Below are positions 6,933-16,314 of a stretch of 62,803 bases of DNA, in pieces. The translations under genes were made by a program, and so were the position numbers. Origin of the DNA: a virus (lineage: Duplodnaviria > Caudoviricetes); IMG/VR virus record IMGVR_UViG_3300030106_006483, positions 1-62,803 of that record; one strand, given 5' to 3'. The notes beneath the pieces are model-generated. The model was not told the origin of the DNA. It saw only the letters and a program-made list of their open reading frames with translations, and did no database searches. Position 1 is the stretch's first letter, and every line of letters starts with the position of its first letter.

Positions 6933-7910
6933 ATGAGTAGACTACGATTAAATCAAGAGTACAGAAATAAAATCGCAAATCGTATGCGAGTACATCTTGA
7001 ACAAGAAGATACTATTGAAAAACAAAACTATGACAAGTTAAAAGGTGAACAAATTGACTTGAATGACAATGCTTGGAAAATGGCAGAAAAAATAGTTAGA
7101 CGACATTATACCGAAGATGATGTTGCTAAAGCACAATATCTTCAAAACAAGTTTGAAAATGTTGATACTATTGCAAAGGATAGTTGTTTCCATTTTCATT
7201 ATCTTGGAACTAAAGAAACAAGAGATTATGACAACAATGCTAGAGTTGAGGACGCAACAATAGAAAGTCATTTTGATTTTAGATTAAATGGAAGTATTGA
7301 TACTGACAATAATTATTCATCTTCAAGAGATAGTGCTTATGGTTATGCTTTATATCGTGATGAACTAAAAGCACAAGATGATTGCAACCCAGATATTTTG
7401 ATTGAACAAGAGGGCAAAGACAACAACCCACATAAAACAAAATATTGTGATAACAATAATAAATATCTTGGTGATGATGACAAAGGTTATGGCAAACAAT
7501 GGAATGAAAAATATCAATTAGATTTAATTGGTAGAAATTATTGTCGTGATAGGTCTATTGCGTGTACTGAGCAAGAGTATATGTTTTTAATAGATTGGAA
7601 AAAACAAAAATCACAATTTGTTATTGCACATCAAAAATGGATTAAATCTATTTTAGACCAGATGAAAGAAATTAAAGTTGGTTTAAAAGGTTATAAATAT
7701 TTAGACGAGGCGATTGAACTTTCAACAGAACTTGGCTTGAATATTTCTGACGCAGAAATAATCAGAACAAACTCAACTGGCTTAACTATCTACAATCCTA
7801 AAAATCTGGCAGACAGAATAAAAGGAATGAAGAATAAGAGAGTTAAGACCAAAGCAGAAAAAATAGCAGAAAGGTTATTATACGAGCAACAAAAACAAAG
7901 TGTAAATTAA
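6933..7910 (+). CDS. early hypothetical protein (weak Nmad5-like termini)
   Basis: RBS GAAAGAGAGGA; N-terminal RLNQEYRNKI. Confidence 0.75.
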   Translation: MSRLRLNQEYRNKIANRMRVHLEQEDTIEKQNYDKLKGEQIDLNDNAWKMAEKIVRRHYTEDDVAKAQYLQNKFENVDTIAKDSCFHFHYLGTKETRDYDNNARVEDATIESHFDFRLNGSIDTDNNYSSSRDSAYGYALYRDELKAQDDCNPDILIEQEGKDNNPHKTKYCDNNNKYLGDDDKGYGKQWNEKYQLDLIGRNYCRDRSIACTEQEYMFLIDWKKQKSQFVIAHQKWIKSILDQMKEIKVGLKGYKYLDEAIELSTELGLNISDAEIIRTNSTGLTIYNPKNLADRIKGMKNKRVKTKAEKIAERLLYEQQKQSVN

Positions 7911-7913
7911 CAC

Positions 7914-7950
7914 TTGACATTAATGGGATTATATGTTATAATCCCATTAA
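7914..7950 (+). promoter_or_regulatory. consensus sigma70 promoter overlapped by a perfect 14-bp inverted repeat
   Basis: TTGACA(7914-19)-17-TATAAT(7937-42); TTAATGGGATTATA-tgt-TATAATCCCATTAA. Confidence 0.85.
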
Positions 7951-7980
7951 TAATTAAAAAAGAAAGAAAGCGAGGAAAGA

Positions 7981-8214
7981 ATGGCAGACACAACACTATC
8001 AAAAATCCCAGAAAAATTTACTATTACATACTGGGCAAACAAACATAAGAAGTTTATCACTCGACAAGGACAATGGACTAAACCAGATGACATCTTTACT
8101 ACTGGCAAGGCTTTTGTTTCTAACAATGGCAAAGTTTGTTTTATCTATTGGGACTTGGACGCGAATGGCTGGCGAATGGCAACCGAACTAATGACCATTA
8201 AGGCAGTAGTCTAA
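7981..8214 (+). CDS. small SH3/WYL-like (DUF2693-like) protein
   Basis: FTITY..K...ITRQG ... YWDLDANGWR; RBS GAAAGCGAGGA. Confidence 0.55.
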   Translation: MADTTLSKIPEKFTITYWANKHKKFITRQGQWTKPDDIFTTGKAFVSNNGKVCFIYWDLDANGWRMATELMTIKAVV

Positions 8215-8396
8215 TGTGGTTTGATCACATAATTAATTACAATATAGTGCTATACATAGGTATAGCACTAATTGTTGGTGGTTTTATTTTATTTTTAGTA
8301 GCAGCTCATTTTGAGAGAGAGGCTGAAATAAAACTTTTTAAACTAAAACAATTAGAGGAGGCTTTTTACAAAGCTAAAGAAAATGAGCGATTATAA
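8214..8396 (+). CDS. small membrane protein
   Basis: one hydrophobic segment IVLYIGIALIVGGFILFLVAA. Confidence 0.65.
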   Translation: MWFDHIINYNIVLYIGIALIVGGFILFLVAAHFEREAEIKLFKLKQLEEAFYKAKENERL

Positions 8397-8724
8397 CTGG
8401 TGTCATAATCCCAGTTGCCATACAATCCAAACGCAATCAAGGATTCGAGGAACTGGCGACAATAAAGTTTTAAGAACTAGAAGAATTAAAACTTATGGCA
8501 ACGATTGTATATGGACTTATTTTTGTAATCAATCTTGCTTAATGCAATTCTTAAATAATTTTGCGAGAGAAGTTGCTAACATTAGACCAGTACGAGAACC
8601 CAGTGAAAAACCGATAAAAGTTAGAACAGAAAAATATGAAAATTATAGATATAGGTGGAATGGTAACGAACATACAAGAGAGCCTTATCAAGCGACAAGG
8701 AAAATAATTGAAAATAGTTCTTGA
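8383..8724 (+). CDS. putative Zn-binding protein
   Basis: CHNPSC ... FCNQSC. Confidence 0.65.
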   Translation: MSDYNWCHNPSCHTIQTQSRIRGTGDNKVLRTRRIKTYGNDCIWTYFCNQSCLMQFLNNFAREVANIRPVREPSEKPIKVRTEKYENYRYRWNGNEHTREPYQATRKIIENSS

Positions 8725-8749
8725 CAATGCTTGATCTTTCCTATATAAT
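8721..8749 (+). promoter_or_regulatory. consensus sigma70 promoter
   Basis: TTGACA-17-TATAAT followed by CCCA. Confidence 0.8.
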
Positions 8750-8771
8750 CCCAGATATGAAAGCGAGGAAT

Positions 8772-9011
8772 ATGAAAACAGATACAGACAATAGAACAGA
8801 AGAAAGAAGAAACAGATTCAATGGCGAATCTGTTATGCTAACTAAAGAAGAAGCAGACAAACATGACGCGTTGTTTATGCATGAACTAATGGCAACAATA
8901 GAAGATAAGACACTAGGCACAGGTGCGAGCAAGCACTGGCAAGAGATGAGAAATCATCTTGATTGGTTTATGAAGAATAATGCCAAAGCATACATGGTTC
9001 TATTAGATTAA
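8772..9011 (+). CDS. hypothetical early protein
   Basis: start moved to ATG 8772 after RBS GAAAGCGAGGA; ends AYMVLLD. Confidence 0.7.
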   Translation: MKTDTDNRTEERRNRFNGESVMLTKEEADKHDALFMHELMATIEDKTLGTGASKHWQEMRNHLDWFMKNNAKAYMVLLD

Positions 9012-9021
9012 TTCAAACTAT

Positions 9022-9052
9022 TACGAGGCGCTAACGCGCCTCGTATCTTTCT
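9022..9052 (+). terminator. intrinsic terminator closing the early region
   Basis: TACGAGGCGC-TAAC-GCGCCTCGTA then TCTTTCT. Confidence 0.8.
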
Positions 9053-9263
9053 GCTAGTCGCTTAATACTTATATTATTTATTAATGGCTAGTAACTTGGT
9101 ACCTTTATTATTATCATAGAGGTACCAACCTCGATCCTAAAAAAGACAATCTATATTAATGTAAAACCCCCTCTCTCAAAAGGGGTCCCACTGCTTTAGA
9201 CTATGTCGCTTGATTTACATGGTCGTTGGTGGTAAAAACGTTTTGACACCCATAAGAGTACTT

Positions 9264-10754
9264 ATGCCTGATATTAAAAAAATTTTAAAAGAATTAGATA
9301 TAAACAACCTAGAACCTGAGACTCGAAAAGAATTAAAAAAATTAATACTTCAAAAAGACCTCAAACAAAAACATAGTAAAATTCAAAATGATTTTATGCA
9401 TTTTGTAAAACATATGTGGCCTGAGTTTATTGAAGGAGACCATCATAAAATTATTGCAGAAAAATTTAATAATTTAAAAGCTAGAAAGATTAAGAGACTC
9501 ATTGTGAATATGCCCCCAAGGCATACAAAATCTGAGTTTGCATCTTTTCTTCTTCCTGCGTGGATGATTGGTAACAACCCAAAATTAAAAATTATTCAAG
9601 CAACCCACACAGCTGAACTTGCTGTAAGGTTTGGTCGTAAGGCTAAACACTTGATGGATAGTGAAGAGTATAAAGAAGTTTTTCCAACTAGACTTATGGA
9701 AGACAGTAAAGCTGCTGGTCGCTGGGAAACAGCACAAGGCGGCGAGTACTTCGCTGTTGGTGTTGAAGGTGCTGTAACTGGAAGAGGTGCTGATTTGTTA
9801 ATTATTGACGATCCACACTCGGAACAAGATGCTATGAACGATAAAGCATTACTTCGAGCTTATGAATGGTACACATCTGGACCAAGACAACGTCTTCAAC
9901 CTAATGGTGTTATTGTTTTAGTAATGACTAGATGGAACACAAAAGATTTAACAGGACTTTTACAAGCTGCACAAAAAGAACCTAAAGCTGATCAATGGGA
10001 AGTTGTAGAATTTCCAGCTATCTTGCCATCAGGTAAACCTGTGTGGCCAGAGTATTGGGACATAGATCAATTACTATCTGTTAAAGCATCTGTTGCATTA
10101 CCTAAATGGAATTCACAGTATATGCAGAACCCGACTTCTGAAGAAGGAGCTATATTAAAACGGGAGTGGTGGAAAAAATGGCCAGAAGATCAAGGCATTC
10201 CCCACTGTGATCACGTAATTCAAAGTTATGATACGGCTTATTTAAAAAAAGAAACGGCAGACTTTAGTGCCATTACAACTTGGGGTGTTTTTAGGCCCAG
10301 TGAAGATGGTCCGCAGCAATTGATTTTACTTGACGCCGTAAAAGATAGATACGAGTTCCCAGAATTAAGACGCGAGGCACTAAAATTATATAAATATTGG
10401 AAACCTGAGACTGTTTTAATAGAGGCAAAAGCCAGTGGTCTTCCTTTAACTTATGAATTAAGGAATATGGGTATTCCCGTTATCAATTTTACCCCGTCTA
10501 GAGGTAACGATAAACACGCTAGAGTTAACTCAGTGGCCCCTTTATTTCAGTCCGGCCAGGTTTGGGCCCCTACTCATCTTCAATTTGCTCAAGAAGTGGT
10601 AGAAGAGTGCGCAGCATTTCCTTTTGGAGACAATGATGACTTAGTGGATAGCACCACCCAAGCAGTTATGAGGTTTAGACAAGGAGGATTCTTAACCCAT
10701 CCGGAAGATTATAAAGACAAACCCCGTCCACATGTGCTAAAAGAATACTACTGA
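9264..10754 (+). CDS. terL: terminase large subunit
   Basis: Walker A PPRHTKS, Walker B LLIIDDP, nuclease SYDTA and DDLVDS; ATG 9264 preferred. Confidence 0.92.
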   Translation: MPDIKKILKELDINNLEPETRKELKKLILQKDLKQKHSKIQNDFMHFVKHMWPEFIEGDHHKIIAEKFNNLKARKIKRLIVNMPPRHTKSEFASFLLPAWMIGNNPKLKIIQATHTAELAVRFGRKAKHLMDSEEYKEVFPTRLMEDSKAAGRWETAQGGEYFAVGVEGAVTGRGADLLIIDDPHSEQDAMNDKALLRAYEWYTSGPRQRLQPNGVIVLVMTRWNTKDLTGLLQAAQKEPKADQWEVVEFPAILPSGKPVWPEYWDIDQLLSVKASVALPKWNSQYMQNPTSEEGAILKREWWKKWPEDQGIPHCDHVIQSYDTAYLKKETADFSAITTWGVFRPSEDGPQQLILLDAVKDRYEFPELRREALKLYKYWKPETVLIEAKASGLPLTYELRNMGIPVINFTPSRGNDKHARVNSVAPLFQSGQVWAPTHLQFAQEVVEECAAFPFGDNDDLVDSTTQAVMRFRQGGFLTHPEDYKDKPRPHVLKEYY

Positions 10755-11737
10755 TGAAAACTTTAATTGACATATATAAAAATTTAGCAAAATTAGGAAT
10801 TAAGCCTAAAGATATTATAGGTATTGGTGGAAATATTAAAAAATTTGGTAAATCTTTGTTTAATCATCCAATTGGGACAGACATGTTAAGATGGATTAGA
10901 CAAAATGATAAGTTACCTAACAAAGTTATAGAGCAAATTAAAATTCATGCGCGAAGTTTAAAAAATGCTAATGATAAAGACCTTGTTATTTTTAATGAAA
11001 ACATAAAAAGAATTATAACTGCTAAAAATCCCCCAAGTGCCGACATAGTCAAGTTGCCAGTTTCTAGAATCAAGCGACCAGAGACAAAAATTGATGAGTC
11101 AGATCTACCACCACCAGGAAGTAGAGGTGAACCAGACGATATTGCAGCACCATTTCAAGATGCTGAGACAACAATTGCAAATATAACGAGTCAAATGTCT
11201 AAAATTAATAGGACTTCAAAAAACTTAGAGAAGGCAATCAAGGAATACGAAAATATTTATAAACCTAAAGGTGCAGAAGTCGATAAATGGATGAAAGCTA
11301 TTGCTGATAAAGAAAAACAAATGAATTTTCAAACTTCTGACGTTAAAAATATTGATGTTGCTAAAATATTGTTCAATGAAACAAATGAATTCGCTGCCGC
11401 TAAGGGAGAAGCAAGACTTATTTTAAATCATCTGGAAAAAGACGGTTTAATTAGCGGAGTTATAGATAAATTAAACAAAGGAGCCGATCCTTTGTTAATG
11501 TTCCAAAATACTTTTGGAAATAAGGCTCTACTTAACCTTCCAAATCAAGGATCGGTGCAATCTGCAGAATATTATGCTAAATTTTTGAAAAATGCTAGAG
11601 ATGCGAAAGGATTAAGAGTGGATGATCCAAATTTTAACAGAGAGACACTTGATTTAAGTAAATTAAATTTAGATGACATAGATATGGTACCTCCTTATGC
11701 ACGAGGTGGTATTGCTGATCATTTTAGGAGCAGATAA
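10754..11737 (+). CDS. hypothetical protein, possibly internal virion
   Basis: between terL and portal; C-terminal YARGGIADHFR. Confidence 0.7.
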   Translation: MKTLIDIYKNLAKLGIKPKDIIGIGGNIKKFGKSLFNHPIGTDMLRWIRQNDKLPNKVIEQIKIHARSLKNANDKDLVIFNENIKRIITAKNPPSADIVKLPVSRIKRPETKIDESDLPPPGSRGEPDDIAAPFQDAETTIANITSQMSKINRTSKNLEKAIKEYENIYKPKGAEVDKWMKAIADKEKQMNFQTSDVKNIDVAKILFNETNEFAAAKGEARLILNHLEKDGLISGVIDKLNKGADPLLMFQNTFGNKALLNLPNQGSVQSAEYYAKFLKNARDAKGLRVDDPNFNRETLDLSKLNLDDIDMVPPYARGGIADHFRSR

Positions 11738-13662
11738 TGTATACCAATTGGTTACAAAGAAAATATAAACCAAATTTAAGAGAAAGGTTTGATTTAGCAG
11801 ATGGTGGTCGTTTAGGATTCTATGAAGGATCCTTAGTAAAGAAGGGTCCTAACACTGGAAAGTATAGTGTTAAGTTTCCAACTCATACGACCTTAGACGA
11901 AAAATATAAAGGTACTAAATATGGTACTAAAGCTGAAATTGAAGCGCTAATTAAAGAAAGAGCTGTTGTAGCCAAAAAAGCTTATGAAGTAGGATTAGAA
12001 AAAAGTAATATTAAAAAAAAGAACGTTGCCTCTACTAAATTTAAAAATTTAGTAGATGTAATTTTTGAAACAGAAAAATTTGAAGATTTTAAAACCAAAG
12101 TTCCAGAAAAATCTAAAAAATTTGTACTTCCTTCAGGTAATATAAGAATATCTCCAGGTGGGACTATTCCTGAGCACTATATGACCGAATTTAAGACGGC
12201 TATTGATGCGGGAACAGATTCCAAAGAATTTAAGGCTCTTAAAAAGAAATTAAATCGATCTACAGCTGATCTTTTAAAACTGGCTGAAAATTACGGTGCA
12301 ACAGATATTAAAAAACGATCTACCGCTGCTACACTTTCTTGGCCCGAAGATAGAAAATTAACGGCTGAACAGAAAAAGGAAAAAGCTAAATGGACTAAAG
12401 TACTGCGAACCGAGAGAGAAAAACAGTCTTTAAAATATTTAAGTGAACGAGAACTTAAAATTTTAAAATCTCAAAACAATCAAAAGAAAGTACTTAATTA
12501 TTTTTTTAAAAATAACCCTGAAAAGATTCTTACAAAACAGTTTGAGAAAATTCGACAATTAATGGACGTGCGATTAACTCCTGATGGAGAAATAATTTAT
12601 ACTAAAAGACCGGACAAGTATTATATTGATAAAGCTAAAAAAGGAAACATCTTTAGTATTTTTGATATATCACCAGTTAAAAGTGAAAAAAGAAGTATAC
12701 GATTTCCATATAATATTAATCTGGCTCCTTCACAATTTAATTCCGCTTTTATTAGACAACTTGAATCTTATTATCCTAATTTAGATGGAGCTAAACAAAA
12801 AAGTGTACAAAAGTTTTTAGCAGATCTTGGAATAGTTGTTGAAGTAAATGGACAAAGAATTGGATCTACTGAAAAACTTCCCGCAATTGGAAAAAATGGA
12901 CAGCTAACTAATATTTTAAGAACTTTAAATGCATTAAAGATTCCCAATAAATTAAAAACTATTGCATTAGGTGGTGCGGTTACTGTGACAGCTATGTCAA
13001 GCGCTATGGCTGGTGACAATGAAGTCAGTGAAGAAGATAAAAGTTTTGCAGATGAAATTGCAGGAGGTGCTACAATTATTGGAACGGATCTTGCTATTAA
13101 TAAAGCTCGAGTAAGTAAGTGGGCTTTGGATAAATTTGGTAAAGCTATTGCTCCTTTGGCAATGCCAGGAGTGCAAGGTGTGTATGAAACAGGTAAAGCA
13201 ATAGTAAAGGAAGAATTGCCCGATGCACCGGATTTAAGTAATCCGCTGACTTGGATGACTCCAGCATTTTGGAGTTGGGGAGTTAAACAATGGGGTTTTG
13301 ATAAAACACTAGAAAATTTTGGTAAGTCTTTAAGTCATTTGTCTAAAGGAGACAAAGTACGAGTAATAAGAAATCTGGTGGCCAGAGGATTTATGAAACC
13401 GGAACAATTACTTAAGATACGAAATTTTTCTGTTCCTTGGATAGCTGCTACTACAGTTGGAAAAGTATTTAAGCATGCAGAACCAAATCTTTTACGTGAT
13501 GAAAAAGGAGATCCTTTAGTGGAGCCTGATAAGGCACCTTTCTTATTAAGCGAAATGATTAAGGCTCACGATAAAAAATTCTTACCAGCTGACGTATATG
13601 AAAAAGAACATGGAGATTCTGAGCCCGATCTTCCTGATGTGTTTAAAGAACGGATCGAATGA
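11737..13662 (+). CDS. large Lys-rich hypothetical protein, possibly internal virion
   Basis: N-terminal LADGGRLGF motif; translational coupling. Confidence 0.7.
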   Translation: MYTNWLQRKYKPNLRERFDLADGGRLGFYEGSLVKKGPNTGKYSVKFPTHTTLDEKYKGTKYGTKAEIEALIKERAVVAKKAYEVGLEKSNIKKKNVASTKFKNLVDVIFETEKFEDFKTKVPEKSKKFVLPSGNIRISPGGTIPEHYMTEFKTAIDAGTDSKEFKALKKKLNRSTADLLKLAENYGATDIKKRSTAATLSWPEDRKLTAEQKKEKAKWTKVLRTEREKQSLKYLSERELKILKSQNNQKKVLNYFFKNNPEKILTKQFEKIRQLMDVRLTPDGEIIYTKRPDKYYIDKAKKGNIFSIFDISPVKSEKRSIRFPYNINLAPSQFNSAFIRQLESYYPNLDGAKQKSVQKFLADLGIVVEVNGQRIGSTEKLPAIGKNGQLTNILRTLNALKIPNKLKTIALGGAVTVTAMSSAMAGDNEVSEEDKSFADEIAGGATIIGTDLAINKARVSKWALDKFGKAIAPLAMPGVQGVYETGKAIVKEELPDAPDLSNPLTWMTPAFWSWGVKQWGFDKTLENFGKSLSHLSKGDKVRVIRNLVARGFMKPEQLLKIRNFSVPWIAATTVGKVFKHAEPNLLRDEKGDPLVEPDKAPFLLSEMIKAHDKKFLPADVYEKEHGDSEPDLPDVFKERIE

Positions 13663-13820
13663 AAAACCCAACATTAGTTAAAAACATGAAGAATGTTAAA
13701 TGGAAAGCAATTCCTCCTTTAAGAGGACCAGACCCGAAAGGGTTGATTAATAAGCCAAAACAAGATAAACCAGAAAGATTGGAGAAAACAAATGGCAGAT
13801 ATAGACAAATCCTTACCTAA
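13659..13820 (+). CDS. small hypothetical protein (not in ORF track)
   Basis: MKNPTLVKNMKNVKWKAIPPLRGPDPKGL...; ATGA overlap. Confidence 0.6.
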   Translation: MKNPTLVKNMKNVKWKAIPPLRGPDPKGLINKPKQDKPERLEKTNGRYRQILT

Positions 13821-16314
13821 CGTAAGGCAGACTACTACAATTCCCGGACCACAACAAGAAGCAGAAATAGTTTCTCAAATGCAAGAAACTGTTCCTACTC
13901 ACCAAGATACAGAAGTTACAGAAAACGAGGATGGAAGTGTAGACGTTAATTTTTCTCCTGGAGCAGTGGCTCCGGAGCAAGGATCAAATCATTACCAAAA
14001 TTTAGCTGAACTTTTACCTGATTCAATTTTAGAACCTCTTGGATCTGAGTTGATGGGTAACTATACAGATTACAGAGAATCCAGAAGAGAATGGGAAAGA
14101 TCTTATGCAAAAGGTTTAGATCTTTTAGGATTTCAGTTTGAACAAAGAACACAACCATTTCAAGGAGCTTCAGGTGCTACTCACCCCGTTTTAGCTGAAG
14201 CTGTCACACAGTTTCAATCACAAGCTTATAAAGAATTACTTCCTGCGAATGGTCCAATTAGGACTCAAATTTTAGGAATGGCTACTCCTCAAAAACAGGA
14301 CCAAGCGACAAGAGTAAAAGATTTTATGAACTACCAACTTATGGATGTCATGAAAGAGTATGAACCTGAATTTGATCAAATGTTATTCTATTTGCCATTA
14401 GCAGGTTCAACATTTAAAAAAGTTTATTACGACGATTTAATGGGACGAGCTGTATCAAAGTTTGTTCCGGCGGATGACTTAGTGGTTCCGTATTCGGCTA
14501 CCTCATTAGAGGATGCGGAATCCATATGTCATGTATTAAAAATTTCAGAGAACGATTTACGTAAACAGCAGGTTGGAGGATTTTATAGAGATATAGAACT
14601 CTATGCACCTTATGCAGAAGAATCTGAAGTTAAGAAAAAAGAACGAGAGCTAGAAGGTACTTCAGCAACGGGTTATCAAAAAGATAATAAGATATACACG
14701 TTAATTGAATGCCATGTCGATCTAGATCTTGAAGGGTTTGAAGACAGAGGCGAAGATGGAATGCCAACAGGAATTAAGCTTCCATACATTGTCACAATTG
14801 ATAGTAGCTCAAGAAAAGTTTTATCAATTAGAAGAAACTTTAAAGTTGATGATCCCAAGAAATTAAAAACACAATACTTTGTGCATTTTAAGTTTTTGCC
14901 TGGTTTAGGTTTTTATGGATTTGGATTAATTCATATGATTGGCGGTTTAACAAGAGCAGCCACAAGTGCTCTTCGTCAACTTTTAGATGCAGGTACCCTC
15001 TCCAATTTGCCTGCAGGATTTAAGCAGAGAGGAATTCGTGTAAACAACGATGCCCAATCTCTCCAACCTGGTGAATTTCGAGATGTCGATGCACCAGGTG
15101 GAAACCTTAAAGATGCTTTTATGACTTTGCCTTACAAAGAACCTTCAGCGACATTATTACAATTGATGGGAATTTGTGTTACGGCTGGACAGCGATTCGC
15201 GTCAATTGCTGACATGCAGGTAGGTGACGGGAACCAACAGGCTGCTGTTGGAACTACTGTAGCTCTTTTAGAACGTGGTTCGAGAGTCATGTCAGCGATA
15301 CATAAGAGACTGTATGCGTCTATGAAAATTGAGTTTGTTTTATTAGCAGATGTATTTTCAACGTATCTACCTCCAGTGTATCCGTATGATGTGGTGGGTG
15401 GGAATAATCAAATTAAACAACAAGATTTTGACGATAAAATAGATATACTTCCTGTAGCAGATCCAAATATATTTTCTTCTACTCAAAGAGTTTCTATTGC
15501 ACAAACAGAATTACAATTAGCACAATCAAATCCCCAAATGCATAATATGTACGAAGCGTATAGGGATATGTATGAGGCAATAGGTGTTAAAAACATTGAT
15601 CAAGTACTACCGCCTCCTGCACAGCCTCAACCAAAAAATCCAGCATTAGAACACATAGATGCTTTAGGTGGAAAACCTTTTCAAGCATTTACTGGACAAG
15701 ACCATCAATCACACATTACAGCGCACTTAGCTTTTATGGGTACAAACATGGCAATGAATAATCCGGTGATTTTATCAGCTTTAGAAAAAAATATTTTTGA
15801 ACACATGGCATTAATGGCCGATGAACAAGTTCAACTAGAGATGAGAGATAATATTATGCAAATACAACAGATTCAGCAAACAATTCAACAAAATCCACAA
15901 ATGCAAGAGGATCCTCAAATTAAACAAGAGCTAGAAAGACTTCAATTAGAAGTAGAAGCTAGAAAAGCTGTTTTAATTGCAGAAATGATGGAAGAGTTTG
16001 TTAAAGAGCAACAAAAAGTAATGGGAGGTTTTGGTAATGACCCAATTGCTAAATTAAGAGCTAGAGAACTAGATCTTAAGGCTCAAGACAATAAGAGAAA
16101 AGAAAAAGAAGACGAAGCTCGAATTAATTTAGATAAAACTAAAATGTTAATGAATAGAGATCTTCAAGAAGAGAAAATGGATCAAAACGAAGAATTAGCT
16201 ATGCTTAGAGCTGCAACATCTATTGAAAAACAAAAAATGTCAAATCGTGCAAAAGCAAAATCAGATGCAACGAAAAGATTTGATGTTACTAAACTCAAAG
16301 GTCCTAGAAGCTAA
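13792..16314 (+). CDS. portal protein
   Basis: 840 aa after terL; HPVLAEAV, GSTFKKVYYD, FYGFGLIHMIG; helical C-terminal extension. Confidence 0.85.
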   Translation: MADIDKSLPNVRQTTTIPGPQQEAEIVSQMQETVPTHQDTEVTENEDGSVDVNFSPGAVAPEQGSNHYQNLAELLPDSILEPLGSELMGNYTDYRESRREWERSYAKGLDLLGFQFEQRTQPFQGASGATHPVLAEAVTQFQSQAYKELLPANGPIRTQILGMATPQKQDQATRVKDFMNYQLMDVMKEYEPEFDQMLFYLPLAGSTFKKVYYDDLMGRAVSKFVPADDLVVPYSATSLEDAESICHVLKISENDLRKQQVGGFYRDIELYAPYAEESEVKKKERELEGTSATGYQKDNKIYTLIECHVDLDLEGFEDRGEDGMPTGIKLPYIVTIDSSSRKVLSIRRNFKVDDPKKLKTQYFVHFKFLPGLGFYGFGLIHMIGGLTRAATSALRQLLDAGTLSNLPAGFKQRGIRVNNDAQSLQPGEFRDVDAPGGNLKDAFMTLPYKEPSATLLQLMGICVTAGQRFASIADMQVGDGNQQAAVGTTVALLERGSRVMSAIHKRLYASMKIEFVLLADVFSTYLPPVYPYDVVGGNNQIKQQDFDDKIDILPVADPNIFSSTQRVSIAQTELQLAQSNPQMHNMYEAYRDMYEAIGVKNIDQVLPPPAQPQPKNPALEHIDALGGKPFQAFTGQDHQSHITAHLAFMGTNMAMNNPVILSALEKNIFEHMALMADEQVQLEMRDNIMQIQQIQQTIQQNPQMQEDPQIKQELERLQLEVEARKAVLIAEMMEEFVKEQQKVMGGFGNDPIAKLRARELDLKAQDNKRKEKEDEARINLDKTKMLMNRDLQEEKMDQNEELAMLRAATSIEKQKMSNRAKAKSDATKRFDVTKLKGPRS

